A stretch of DNA of 64,000 nt from a candidate division FCPU426 bacterium (GCA_963840035.1 CAWIXE010000002.1:781685-845684); one strand, 5' to 3'; counted from the first letter of the stretch, positions 18,578 through 27,943 are shown. Notes: generated from the letters alone by a model not told the origin. Made by a program: numbers and translations.

Positions 18578-20084
18578 GGGTTGAATCCTGTCTCAGCATA
18601 CCTTCTATTTTCAAAGCGTAGGTCAGTATTTCATCCGCCCATTTTTCGTTGTTTACAAAATTCCTGAAAGCTTCGTCTTTCAGGACGTCCTTAAATGATA
18701 TTGTCGGGCCGTCCGGCACCAGCTTGGCAAGCCTGTTTACGTCAAATAATTTCACGTCCAAAACCCTGCCTACGTCGCGTATGGCCTGTTTTGGTTTTAA
18801 CTGCTGAAAAGTGGCAATCTGCGCGACCCTGTCCCTGCCGAATTTATCAACGATGAATTTGATGACCTTGTCGCGGTCATTGTCGGCAAAGTCCGAGTCT
18901 ATATCGGGCGGGGATACCCTGTCCGGGTTAAGGAAGCGTTCGAACAGCAGGTTGTATTTAAGCGGATTGATGCTTGTGATGCCCAGGACGTATGAAACAA
19001 GGCTTCCTGCGGCGCTGCCTCTGCCCGGGCCTACGGGTATGTCGTTCTCCCTGGCAAAGTTTATGATATCCCTGACTATCAGGAAGTAACCGGCGTACCC
19101 CAACTGTTTGATTATCTTTATCTCGTGCTCGAGGCGTTCTGTCAATACACTCTCGGGGGCCGGGAACTTTTTCTCAAATAACTTGCGCGCCAGTTTCTCC
19201 ATGGCGTCATCGTAGGATTTTTCCTCGCCGAGTTCATATGAAGGCATGTGCGGTTTTTTGTTTAACTGCAGCTCGAAAACGCACTTTTCCGCCACGTCAG
19301 ACGTGCGCAGGAGCGCCTCTTCGTCATCCGGAAATGCCAGTTTCATCTCTGCCAGGTTTTTAAAATAGAATTCATCGGTCTTAAATGAGAGCCTGTCAGT
19401 TTCTGCCAGTTTTTTCCCGGTTTTTATGCATACCAGGACGTCCTGGGCTTTCGCGTCGTCCTTTGTCATGTAATGCGCGTCGTTTGAAGCCACCAGCGGA
19501 ATGGACGTCTTTTTTGAAAGTTCGCGCAGGCCGCGGTTCATGATTATTTCTTCCTCAAGGCCGTGGTTCTGCATTTCCAGGTAAAAATTGCCTTCGCCGA
19601 ACATCTTCACATACTCCTGCGCGGCGTGTAATGCCGCGTCAGGGTCGTTATTTATGATAGCCCTTGGTACTTCGCCCTGCATGCATGCCGAGAGCGCTAT
19701 AAGGCCGTTTGCGTGGTCTTTAAGGAAGGCTTTGTCCACTGTGGGTTTGTAATAAAAACCTTCAGTGGAAGCAAAGGTGGCTATTTTCAGGAGGTTCTTA
19801 TAACCTTCTTCGTTTTTTACAAGCAAAACAAGGTGGTTTTTTTCGCGTGATTTATCGGCGATCTTATCCACGAGATAGGTTTCCAGCCCGATAATGGGCC
19901 TAATGCCGGCGGCCGCCAGCGTGCTGTAAAATTCCACCACTCCGTACATATATCCGTGGTCGGTTATGGCGCATGAGTGCATGTTGTTTAAGCGGCATGT
20001 CTCAATAATGTCATCAAACCGGCACATGCCGTCTAACAGGCTGTATTTGCTGTGCAGGTGAAGGTGGATGAAGTTGCTTTTCAA
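18537..20084 (-). CDS. dnaE: DNA polymerase III alpha subunit DnaE, N-terminal PHP/palm part (frameshift-separated)
   Basis: 515 aa: FIHLHLHSKYSLLDG PHP start, GPGRGSAAGSLVSY, PDIDSDF catalytic motif. Ends ...RQDSTHA followed by 11 out-of-frame codons. Confidence 0.9.
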   Translation of the reverse strand: MKSNFIHLHLHSKYSLLDGMCRFDDIIETCRLNNMHSCAITDHGYMYGVVEFYSTLAAAGIRPIIGLETYLVDKIADKSREKNHLVLLVKNEEGYKNLLKIATFASTEGFYYKPTVDKAFLKDHANGLIALSACMQGEVPRAIINNDPDAALHAAQEYVKMFGEGNFYLEMQNHGLEEEIIMNRGLRELSKKTSIPLVASNDAHYMTKDDAKAQDVLVCIKTGKKLAETDRLSFKTDEFYFKNLAEMKLAFPDDEEALLRTSDVAEKCVFELQLNKKPHMPSYELGEEKSYDDAMEKLARKLFEKKFPAPESVLTERLEHEIKIIKQLGYAGYFLIVRDIINFARENDIPVGPGRGSAAGSLVSYVLGITSINPLKYNLLFERFLNPDRVSPPDIDSDFADNDRDKVIKFIVDKFGRDRVAQIATFQQLKPKQAIRDVGRVLDVKLFDVNRLAKLVPDGPTISFKDVLKDEAFRNFVNNEKWADEILTYALKIEGMLRQDSTHASRGRHRANGAH

Positions 20085-20241
20085 AATGTCTCCTTAAGTA
20101 AACTCAAAATTCAAAAGTCAAAACCTAAAAGCGGACCTAAATAAAAACTTTAACTAAACACAAATTATATAAAATATTACCACATTTGTTGTTTTTGTTA
20201 AAGCGTTAGATTGTGTCGATTGGATTTGTTTTAAATATGAA

Positions 20242-20305
20242 TTGGTAGCCGCAGCCTTTAGGCTGCGTCGCGCCGGCCTTTCGCAGCCTTAAGGTTGCGG
20301 CTACC
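20242..20305. repeat. REP-like palindromic intergenic element, copy 2
   Basis: TGGTAGCCGCAGCCTTTAGGCTGCGTCGCGCCGGCCTTTCGCAGCCTTAAGGTTGCGGCTACC. Its distal arm overlaps the prmC stop codon. Confidence 0.8.
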
Positions 20306-21176
20306 GGAGCCTAAAAACCAGCACCCTTTCCTTGCCTCTAAAATCATTAAACCCGCCTTCAAATTTCCAGCTGTCTGCCGGGAATAGGCGCTTTACGCGT
20401 TTACTCATGTTATCACCTATTTCAACGGCTAAAAAACCGCCTTTTTTAAGCATCTTTGGTCCGCATTGGGCGAAGCGTTCATAGAAAGAAAGGCCCTGGC
20501 TTCCGTCCGTTAAAGCCATGCGCGGTTCCTGTAGTACCTCTTTTTGCAGGGTTTTTAGGGCCTTTAAGCGTATGTAAGGCGGGTTTGATACTATGAGGTC
20601 AAACCTGTGGTGATTGCGCCTGCAAAGGCTAAAGAAGTCGCCTTTCAGGGGTTTTAGACGGCGGCTCACACCGTGTTTTATAGCGTTGGTTAAAGTCAGG
20701 TTAATGGCTTTGGGGTTTTTATCAAAGCTGTAGAATCTGGATATCAGGTCAAGTTCCTTTAAAAGAGTCACAGGTATGATGCCTGAGCCTGAACCGCAGT
20801 CAGCGGCTATTGTCCCCGCCGGCAGGCTGCTTTTAAGGGATTTCACTGCGTCAATAAGCGCTTCAGTGTCGGGTCTTGGTATGAAGACGCCTTTTTTGAC
20901 CATGAATTCCCTGCCGTAGAAACATTCAGAACCGGTTATGTACTGCAGGGGCAGGTGTTTTAACCTTGCCTGTATAAGTTTCATGAATTTTTTTTGGAGG
21001 GCTGCGGGGATTTCATCCCTGTAGAGTGTATATAGTTTTTCCCGTGTAAGCCCCGACGAAAACAAAAAGATGGCTTCTGCCTCGCGGAAAGCCGAGCCGG
21101 AGTTACGGATGATTTTTTTAAGTTTTTCCCTGGCTAAAGCCAGGCACTGAAAATAAGTGGAGGGGTTCTTTTTCAT
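20301..21176 (-). CDS. prmC: release factor glutamine N5-methyltransferase PrmC/HemK
   Basis: 291 aa. SAM-binding DCGSGSG, catalytic NPPY (LIVSNPPYI). Same operon as prfA. Confidence 0.9.
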   Translation of the reverse strand: MKKNPSTYFQCLALAREKLKKIIRNSGSAFREAEAIFLFSSGLTREKLYTLYRDEIPAALQKKFMKLIQARLKHLPLQYITGSECFYGREFMVKKGVFIPRPDTEALIDAVKSLKSSLPAGTIAADCGSGSGIIPVTLLKELDLISRFYSFDKNPKAINLTLTNAIKHGVSRRLKPLKGDFFSLCRRNHHRFDLIVSNPPYIRLKALKTLQKEVLQEPRMALTDGSQGLSFYERFAQCGPKMLKKGGFLAVEIGDNMSKRVKRLFPADSWKFEGGFNDFRGKERVLVFRLR

Positions 21177-21745
21177 TTGCCCGGGCCCATGGATATTTTT
21201 TTAATGCTGACTTTAATCCTTCCGATAATGCTCATGCGTTTATTGATGAGCCCTTTTATGAAATCGTTTTTGGCAAGGTCCATGGCTGTGCGTCCCGCTT
21301 TATTCATCCTGTCCGGGTGTGCCCCGGCCGAAAGCAGGTCCATAACTATGCCGTCATGTCCCATAATGGCCGCTTCCATAAGCGCGGTATTGCCGTCGTC
21401 GTTTGCCAGGTCAGCTTCAGCTCCGGAATCAAGAAGCAGTTTTGCGATATCGCGTTTTCCAAACCATGCCGCTTCTATTAAGGCGGTGTAACCCCGGGTT
21501 GATTGTATGTTGAGACCTGCTTTGGAGTTTATGAGAAATTTGGCGGCGTCAAAATGGCCGCTGCGTACAGCCATCATAAGAGGTGTATGTTTATAAGGCG
21601 ATAGGTTGTCGCGCGTATTGATATCAGCGCCCTTCTCAATGCACTCCCTGAGGGCATCAAGGTCGCCCCGTCCGGCCACGTCAATGAGCCTATCATTAAG
21701 TTCGGATGACATATAACCCCTTTTAGGACAATTGACGATTGACAA
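21173..21745 (-). CDS. ankyrin-repeat protein
   Basis: 190 aa. At least four ANK units (TPLMMAVRSGHFDAAKFLINSKAGLN, GYTALIEAAWFGKRDIAKLLLDSGAEAD, GNTALMEAAIMGHDGIVMDLLSAGAHPD). TTG start. 4-nt overlap with prmC. Confidence 0.85.
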   Translation of the reverse strand: MSIVNCPKRGYMSSELNDRLIDVAGRGDLDALRECIEKGADINTRDNLSPYKHTPLMMAVRSGHFDAAKFLINSKAGLNIQSTRGYTALIEAAWFGKRDIAKLLLDSGAEADLANDDGNTALMEAAIMGHDGIVMDLLSAGAHPDRMNKAGRTAMDLAKNDFIKGLINKRMSIIGRIKVSIKKISMGPGK

Positions 21746-21814
21746 TTGTCTATTGACGATTTAGTTCTAAGTCCATTAATTGACAATCGACAATTGTTAA
21801 TCGTCAATTAGTCT

Positions 21815-22888
21815 TTAAGCCCCTTGTTCCAAAAGTTTCTGTTTATAATCCTGGTCCAGTTTTTCAAGGAAGTCGTCTATCTGGCCCTGCATAACAGCTT
21901 CCAGGTTGTAAATGGTAAGCCCTATCCTGTGGTCTGTGACCCTGTTTTGCGGGTAGTTATAGGTCCTTATTTTTTCGCTCCTGTCGCCTGAGCCTATCTG
22001 AGCTTTGCGGTTGGAGTCGAGTTTGGCTTTTTCATCGCCTTCGAGCTTGTTTTTAACCCTGGCGCGCAGGATGGTCATGGCTTTTTCCTTGTTCTTTATC
22101 TGCGACCTGCCGTCCTGGCAGTAAACTTCAAGCATGGTCGGAAGGTGGACTATCCTTACGGCTGATTCCGTCTTATTCACGTGCTGCCCGCCGGCTCCTG
22201 AGGCCCTGCAGACTTCGATCTTTAAGTCGTCCGGTTTCAGTTCGACGTCGACCTCTTCCTGTTCCGGAAGCACTGCCACTGTGGCGGCCGAGGTGTGTAT
22301 CCTTCCGCTTGTTTCCGTGTCAGGCACCCTCTGAACCCTGTGCGTGCCGCTTTCAAATTTCATCTTTGCGTAGGCGTTATCGCCGCTTACCATGAAAATG
22401 ATTTCCTTAACCCCGCCGATTTCAGTGGGCGCGGACTCCAATACCTCGAGTTTAAAGTTATGCGTGTCGCAGTATTTTGTGTACATTTTATACAGGTCGC
22501 CCGCGAAAAGGCCGGCTTCATCGCCGCCTGTGCCGGCGCGAATTTCCACTATCGCGTTCTTTTTATCATTTGGGTCCTTGGGAAGCATGGCGTATTCGAG
22601 CTCTTTTTCAAGCCTGGAAAGCTTGATCCTGCTTTCCTCTATTTCCTGCTCTGCCATCTGCCTCATCTCGGGGTCTTCTTCGGTGGTCAAAATATGCTGG
22701 GATTCCATCATGGCCCGTTCCGCTTTAATATAATCGTCAAACCTGTCCATGATGGGACGCAGTTCAGCGTGGTTTTTCATCTTGTTAGTATACATTTCCC
22801 TGTTTCCTATGGTGGAGCTTTCGGAAAGCTCGACATTGAGCCTCTCAAAAGTCTCCTTCATCTTGAGCAGTTTTTCCCTGAAAATCAT
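21815..22888 (-). CDS. prfA: peptide chain release factor 1
   Basis: 357 aa. GGQ motif (SGAGGQHVNKTESAVR) and an RF1-type P-x-T tripeptide (RVPDTET). Confidence 0.95.
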   Translation of the reverse strand: MIFREKLLKMKETFERLNVELSESSTIGNREMYTNKMKNHAELRPIMDRFDDYIKAERAMMESQHILTTEEDPEMRQMAEQEIEESRIKLSRLEKELEYAMLPKDPNDKKNAIVEIRAGTGGDEAGLFAGDLYKMYTKYCDTHNFKLEVLESAPTEIGGVKEIIFMVSGDNAYAKMKFESGTHRVQRVPDTETSGRIHTSAATVAVLPEQEEVDVELKPDDLKIEVCRASGAGGQHVNKTESAVRIVHLPTMLEVYCQDGRSQIKNKEKAMTILRARVKNKLEGDEKAKLDSNRKAQIGSGDRSEKIRTYNYPQNRVTDHRIGLTIYNLEAVMQGQIDDFLEKLDQDYKQKLLEQGA

Positions 22889-23871
22889 TATTTTTTGGCC
22901 TTCTTTGTTTTTTTAGAGTGCAGTTTAATATATTTGTTTTCAAGCGCAACCACCGTGTTTAAGGATTTAACCGATACTTCGACCATGTCCTTGTCCGGTT
23001 CTTTAGTGGTCAGCCTCTGGAACGCCAGGCCCGGGGCTATTAAGATCTTCATAAAGAAGTTGTCCCGGAATTTGTGCGAGAGCTTAAGTATCTCGTAGGA
23101 TATGCCTATAATCGGAAGAAGCAGGGGTATTTCAAATAACAGCCTTTGGAATATATTAAGTTCCGCGGGAAGGAATATAAAGAAAATTACAAGGCTTATC
23201 GCCACAGTAATGATGATGAACGCGGTGCCGCACCTCGGGTGCCTTGTGGAATATGGCTTAATGTTGGCGTATGTCAGTTTTTTTCCGTCTTCAAAGGCGT
23301 ATATGCACTTATGCTCGGCGCCGTGGTACTGGAAGAGCCTTTTTACGTCCTCAAGCTTTGATATTGCCCAGACATAAAGAAAAAACATGAGAAATTTGAA
23401 TACGACCATTCCCAGGTTGAAGTAAAACCTGTTAGTGTTTATCTCGGGCAGCACTTTGCCGATTAATTTATTGATGCCAAAAGGTATAAGGAAAAACAAT
23501 ACCAGGGCCATTACAATTGCCAGCGCGATGGATATGATCATCTCCATGCCGTTGTCTTTTGCTTTTGCCTTTGCCCCTTTTTTTACGCCGTTCTTTTTAT
23601 TCTCCGCGGCTTCCATGTCTTTTTCCATCAGGTCCGCTGACCATGTAAGCGAGCTCATGCCCATGGACATGGATTCCCACATGGAAAGGATGCCGCGCAT
23701 TAAGGGCCATTTCCAGAACTTGTGTTTTTCAGAGACAGAGTTGACAGTCCCGGATGTGACAGATATCTTTTTATCCGCGCGCCTTACCGCAATCGCGTAA
23801 TAATGGGGCGACCTCATCATGACGCCTTCAATGACGGCCTCGCCACCTACGTTGTATTGTGGTTTTTTCAT
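22888..23871 (-). CDS. DUF1385 (YqhQ-like) membrane protein
   Basis: 327 aa. GGEAVIEGVMMRS start, YHGAEHKCI motif, several TM helices. The usual neighbour of prfA/prmC. Confidence 0.8.
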   Translation of the reverse strand: MKKPQYNVGGEAVIEGVMMRSPHYYAIAVRRADKKISVTSGTVNSVSEKHKFWKWPLMRGILSMWESMSMGMSSLTWSADLMEKDMEAAENKKNGVKKGAKAKAKDNGMEMIISIALAIVMALVLFFLIPFGINKLIGKVLPEINTNRFYFNLGMVVFKFLMFFLYVWAISKLEDVKRLFQYHGAEHKCIYAFEDGKKLTYANIKPYSTRHPRCGTAFIIITVAISLVIFFIFLPAELNIFQRLLFEIPLLLPIIGISYEILKLSHKFRDNFFMKILIAPGLAFQRLTTKEPDKDMVEVSVKSLNTVVALENKYIKLHSKKTKKAKK

Positions 23872-23908
23872 TTTTGTCCTTTCGGTTAAAACAGATTTTT
23901 TAAATGGC

Positions 23909-24015
23909 TGTCATTGCGAGGAGCCGTTTTTGTTTCAAGGCGACGAAGCAATCCTGCTGTTGTTAAACGAGATTGCTTCGTCGGCGGGAGGCAAAAACGC
24001 CTCCTCGCAATGACA
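23909..24015. repeat. ~107-nt nested hairpin element (CATTGCGAGGAG...CGACGAAGCAATC type)
   Basis: Outer stem TGTCATTGCGAGGAGCCGTTTTTG / CAAAAACGCCTCCTCGCAATGACA (1 mismatch). Inner stem CGACGAAGCAATC / GATTGCTTCGTCG. Confidence 0.8.
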
Positions 24016-24037
24016 TCAAAGCCCCTTACAAAAAAAC

Positions 24038-24084
24038 AACCGGTCCGGCACTTGCCGCCATAAGCAGCAGATACCGGACCGGTT
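24038..24084 (-). terminator. intrinsic terminator downstream of rpmE
   Basis: AACCGGTCCGG...CCGGACCGGTT stem followed on the minus strand by GTTTTTTT. Confidence 0.65.
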
Positions 24085-24097
24085 TATTTAAAAAGTG

Positions 24098-24316
24098 CTA
24101 AGCTTCTTTTTTAGGTGCTGCCTTGCCTGCCCTTTTCCTGAATTTCTCGACTCTTCCGTCAGTGTCCATGAACTTCTGGACGCCTGAGAAGAACGGATGG
24201 CATGAGGAGCAAACTTCCACCTTTATGTCCCCTATCGTCGACCTTGTTTCAAACGAGTTGCCGCAGGCGCATGCTACCTTGGCATTTTTGTATTCCGGGT
24301 GAATTCCTTTTTTCAT
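24098..24316 (-). CDS. rpmE: 50S ribosomal protein L31
   Basis: 72 aa. MKKGIHPEY start and CxC...CxxCHPFF(S/T)G zinc-ribbon pattern. Confidence 0.95.
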   Translation of the reverse strand: MKKGIHPEYKNAKVACACGNSFETRSTIGDIKVEVCSSCHPFFSGVQKFMDTDGRVEKFRKRAGKAAPKKEA

Positions 24317-24397
24317 TACCTGTCTCCTTTATGTTGTTTAAAGTCTTTTAAGCGGTTTTAATTGTAAATGGTAAAGGGCAAATTGTAAATAGTTTTT

Positions 24398-25651
24398 TTA
24401 GTCAATATTCATGGCGTCTATGAACGCCTTGTTGGTCTTTCTTTTGTTCATTTCCTCGTTTAAGAACTCGATAATGTCAACCGGCTTCATTTTGGACAGG
24501 AGGGCTTTCCTTAAGATCCAGACCTTTTTAAGGGTTTCCTTTTCCAGCAGGAGCTCTTCTTTCCTGGTGCCTGACTTGCTTATGTCTATGGCCGGGAAGA
24601 GCCTTTTATCCGCGAGTTCGCGCGAGAGCAGAATTTCGCTGTTGCCTGTTCCCTTGAATTCTTCAAATATGACGTCGTCCATCTTTGAGCCGGTCTCTAC
24701 AAGCGCCGTGGCTATGATGGTAAGCGAGCCGCCCTCTTCTATGGCGCGGGCCGCTCCGAAGAACCTTTTGGGTTTTTGCAGGGCGTTAGAGTCTATACCG
24801 CCGGTTAAAACCTTGCCTGAGCTCGGCGCCACGGCATTATATGCCCTGGCAAGCCTGGTAATTGAGTCGAGCAGGATGACAACGTCTTTTTTATGTTCAA
24901 CGAGCCTTTTTGCCTTTTCTATGACCATCTCGGCTACCTGTATGTGGCGTGTCGGAGGTTCGTCAAAAGTCGAGCTTACTACCTCGCCTTTTACAGTCCT
25001 TTCCATGTCTGTTACTTCCTCGGGCCTTTCGTCTATCAGAAGCACTATGAGGAATATTTCCGGGTGGTTCTCCGTGATTGAGTTTGCTATCTTCTGAAGC
25101 AGCACTGTCTTACCTGTCCTGGGCGGGGCTACTATCAGCCCTCTCTGTCCTTTTCCGAGCGGTGTTAAAAGGTCCATGATCCTCATCGACGGGTCTTTGT
25201 CCTTATTCTCAAGGATAATATGCTGCTCGGGGTAAAGCGGGGTAAGGTTATCAAAGAATGTTTTGTCTTTGATTTTTTCCGGGTCATCGCTGTTTATGGT
25301 TTCGACTTTTAAAAGCGCAAAGTATTTTTCGCCTTCCTTGGGGGGCCTCACCTGTCCGGCGATCATGTCGCCTGTGCGCAGGTCGAACTTTCTTATCTGT
25401 GAAGGCGAGACGTATATATCGTCCGGTCCCGGAAGATAGTTGTAATTCGGCGAACGGAGAAATCCGAAGCCGTCCGGAAGTATTTCAAGAACTCCCTCCC
25501 CGAAAATAAGCCCGTTGCTTTTTGTGTCGGTTTCGAGGATTTTAAATATGAGTTCCTGTTTTTTAAGGGTTGAGGTTTCTTCCAGTTTCAGGTCTTTCGC
25601 GATTTTCTGAAGTTCGGTGAGTTTCTTAAGCTTTAAATCCTGTAGATTCAT
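24398..25651 (-). CDS. rho: transcription termination factor Rho
   Basis: 417 aa. N-terminal RNA-binding domain (GFGFLR), Walker [11 protein letters not shown] loops. Confidence 0.97.
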   Translation of the reverse strand: MNLQDLKLKKLTELQKIAKDLKLEETSTLKKQELIFKILETDTKSNGLIFGEGVLEILPDGFGFLRSPNYNYLPGPDDIYVSPSQIRKFDLRTGDMIAGQVRPPKEGEKYFALLKVETINSDDPEKIKDKTFFDNLTPLYPEQHIILENKDKDPSMRIMDLLTPLGKGQRGLIVAPPRTGKTVLLQKIANSITENHPEIFLIVLLIDERPEEVTDMERTVKGEVVSSTFDEPPTRHIQVAEMVIEKAKRLVEHKKDVVILLDSITRLARAYNAVAPSSGKVLTGGIDSNALQKPKRFFGAARAIEEGGSLTIIATALVETGSKMDDVIFEEFKGTGNSEILLSRELADKRLFPAIDISKSGTRKEELLLEKETLKKVWILRKALLSKMKPVDIIEFLNEEMNKRKTNKAFIDAMNID

Positions 25652-25842
25652 TGAATGTATTACCTCCTGGGGTAATTTGAGTTTTTTGTTATTTTAAAAC
25701 ATAACAAGCAGATGTGTTGGAAGACTAATTAGGGATTTTCCTCCTGGCTGACTTGTTTAACTGATATAAATATATATCTTTTTAGCCTGTTTGTCAACAT
25801 AAAATAAAAAGTTTTATGAAATTTCCCCAGACGTTTATATTA

Positions 25843-25917
25843 TGGTACCGCTATGGAGAATCGAACTCCAATTACAGGATTGAGAACCCCGTGTCCTAAC
25901 CGTTAGACGATAGCGGC
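25843..25917 (-). tRNA. tRNA-Glu (anticodon CUC), CCA encoded
   Basis: Hand fold: acceptor GCCGCTA/TAGCGGT (G1-U72), D stem GTCT/GGAC, anticodon stem CGGGG/TCCTG with loop TTCTCAA, T arm TGGAG-TTCGATT-CTCCA, then discriminator A plus CCA. Confidence 0.85.
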
Positions 25918-25986
25918 ACTTATTGGCTGGAGAAAATTTATCATAATAATATTTAACAGTCAATATCTAATTATATGAGATGATTG

Positions 25987-26337
25987 TTATTCTTCTATTA
26001 TTTTATTAATGATTTCTTTGTCCTCTTCCTTAAGTGCCAGGAACTCCAGGCCGAACTGGTCCGCGTTTCCCTGTTTTCTCTGCCATTTGATCTCGGCAAA
26101 AGCTACAATCGGCTCTTCTTTTTGGTCTGTCTTAAACTCCACTTTAATTACATCGCCCGTAGTCCCTATGGAGAGTCCTTCTACCCTGACTCCGCCGGCG
26201 CTTAAATCCGTGCTTTTGCCTTCTTTTTTAAGGGCTTCCATGGAACTGTCCTTGGGCATTAACTTGTATTTGACGGTATATGAGACTGTTGCCCTCTTAT
26301 GTTTCCTTTTCTCTATGAACATATTCCCTTCAGGCAT
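25987..26337 (-). CDS. stand-alone PilZ-domain protein
   Basis: 116 aa. EKRKHKR ... DLSAGGVRVE (RxxxR / DxSxxG c-di-GMP binding motifs). Confidence 0.85.
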   Translation of the reverse strand: MPEGNMFIEKRKHKRATVSYTVKYKLMPKDSSMEALKKEGKSTDLSAGGVRVEGLSIGTTGDVIKVEFKTDQKEEPIVAFAEIKWQRKQGNADQFGLEFLALKEEDKEIINKIIEE

Positions 26338-26432
26338 TTTTGTCCCCCTGCGTTATTTGATAACAATAAAATAGTATCATAAAACAGTGAAAAATCAAGG
26401 AATTGTTCCCTGTTTTGTGTTATATTATTCTC

Positions 26433-27392
26433 ATGAAAAATACAAACGCGGATAAAAGCTGTAAATACCACGGCCACGATGAAGCACACGGCCATGAACA
26501 TGATCATGGCCAGGGGCATCACCACCATGGCAGCGGGGATGAAAAGTCGCTGTTAATATCCATAATCCTTAACTTTGCCATAACCGCCGCGCAGATAGCC
26601 GGCGGGCTTATATCGGGGTCGCTTGCCCTTTTATCAGACGCCTTTCATAACCTTTCTGACGCTGTTTCGCTTGTCATTTCATACATTGCCATATTAATTG
26701 GCAAAAAAACCAAGTCGGCGACCAAGACATATGGGTATAAAAGGGCTGAGATACTGGCTGCGCTGGCAAATGTGGTTACCCTGTTTTTGGTATGCGCTTA
26801 TATTATTTATGAGGCCATTATCAGGCTTCAAAAGCCGCAGCCAATTAATACCGGGATAATGCTGGCCGTGGCTTTTCTCGGGCTCTTAGGCAACGGCATA
26901 TCCGTGCTGATGCTTTTTAAAAGCGCAAAGGAAAATATAAATATTAAAAGCGCCTTTTTGCACCTTATTGGCGATACGGTTTCGTCTGTCGGGGTAATTT
27001 TAATAGCGATTGTACTCCGTTTTCAGCCATGGTATTTTCTGGACGCTGTAGTATCGGTGCTCATTGCCGCATATATTATCAAAGAAAGCCTGTCCATATT
27101 TATGGAGAGCCTTAATATACTGATGCAGGGAGCGCCTAAAGGCCTTGATAAGGATAAAATAATTGAAAAAATAATTGCCATACGGGGAATTAAATTCAAA
27201 GACATACATCACATACATATGTGGGATATAACGCCCGGCAAAACCGTCTTTGACGCGCACATAGTCATAGACAAAAAAGAGCTCAAAAATACGGACAGTA
27301 TTATTAAAAGGATTAATAAGGTTTTAAAAGATGATTTTCACATAAGCCACTCCACGCTGCGAGCTGGAGTCAGGCGACGCGAGCCAGTGTAA
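26433..27392 (+). CDS. czcD: cation diffusion facilitator (CzcD/ZitB-like) with His-rich N-terminus
   Basis: HGHDEAHGHEHDHGQGHHHH tail, TM2 HNLSD and TM5 HLIGD metal-site motifs. Start placed at ATG 26433. The 3' end may be frameshifted (see findings). Confidence 0.9.
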   Translation: MKNTNADKSCKYHGHDEAHGHEHDHGQGHHHHGSGDEKSLLISIILNFAITAAQIAGGLISGSLALLSDAFHNLSDAVSLVISYIAILIGKKTKSATKTYGYKRAEILAALANVVTLFLVCAYIIYEAIIRLQKPQPINTGIMLAVAFLGLLGNGISVLMLFKSAKENINIKSAFLHLIGDTVSSVGVILIAIVLRFQPWYFLDAVVSVLIAAYIIKESLSIFMESLNILMQGAPKGLDKDKIIEKIIAIRGIKFKDIHHIHMWDITPGKTVFDAHIVIDKKELKNTDSIIKRINKVLKDDFHISHSTLRAGVRRREPV

Positions 27393-27510
27393 GACTTGTG
27401 ACCTATAAAACCAATCACATATCCCAAATCACAAATCCCAAAGAAAAAGGAAATCGATAATACAATTTGATTATTCAAAAACTGTTTGTGATTTGATTAT
27501 GATTTTTTTT

Positions 27511-27586
27511 GTGATTTGGGACTTGTGATTTGGGACTTGTGATTTGGGACTTGTGATTTGGGACTTGTGATTTGGGACTTGGGATT
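27511..27586. repeat. perfect tandem repeat, 14-nt unit GTGATTTGGGACTT x5 plus a partial unit
   Basis: Read directly. Ends a few nt before the PilZ gene stop. Complementary words (CCCAAATCACAA) lie at 27411-27442. Confidence 0.9.
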
Positions 27587-27589
27587 ATC

Positions 27590-27943
27590 TTATTTGCCTA
27601 ACAACTCTTCCAGCGTAGCCGCCTCTTCTTCCCTTAAGCCGACGAATTTTACGCCGAATTCATATTTCTTGTCTATCTTTTTAACCCACCTGACCTCGGC
27701 TAACACGGTCACATTGTCCTTCGGGTCAGTGCCGAATATTTCCACCCTGAGAATGTCGCCTGTTTCCGCCGGAACTACGCCGTCTAATTTAACGCCGCCA
27801 AGGCTTATATCAAGGGATTTCCCGGGGCCTCTTTCGGTCTCCGCGCTGACCTTTTTTGGCATGACCTTATAGTGTATGGTTAATTCTTTTACCATTCTTA
27901 TGTGAGTTCTTTTTTCGAGGTAAATTTTGCCTTTAGGTTCCAT
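27590..27943 (-). CDS. stand-alone PilZ-domain protein
   Basis: EKRTHIR ... DISLGGVKLD motifs. Start moved to ATG 27943, which has a GGAGG SD. Confidence 0.85.
   Translation of the reverse strand: MEPKGKIYLEKRTHIRMVKELTIHYKVMPKKVSAETERGPGKSLDISLGGVKLDGVVPAETGDILRVEIFGTDPKDNVTVLAEVRWVKKIDKKYEFGVKFVGLREEEAATLEELLGK

Noticed and set aside
22295-23098. Long plus-strand ORFs lying antisense to well-supported minus-strand genes (267 aa here). Others are 24411-25097, 40107-40832, 44184-44909, 49118-49798, 60551-61153, 62486-63334 and many shorter ones.
   Set aside because: They lie entirely opposite strongly recognisable genes (prfA, rho, pdxJ, ftsH, transposases, CoADR). They have Ser/Leu/Pro-rich low-complexity translations, no SD and no family resemblance. 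These are shadow ORFs.
26338-26432. NiCo (czcD-motif) riboswitch upstream of the CDF transporter.
   Set aside because: Only a weak AAAACAG...CTGTTTT pairing is visible. I cannot recognise the conserved four-way-junction core by eye. A cmscan with the Rfam NiCo model would be needed.
27511-27586. Possible CRISPR array suggested by regularly spaced repeats.
   Set aside because: The units are directly abutting 14-mers with no spacers, and no cas genes are present. This is a simple tandem repeat.
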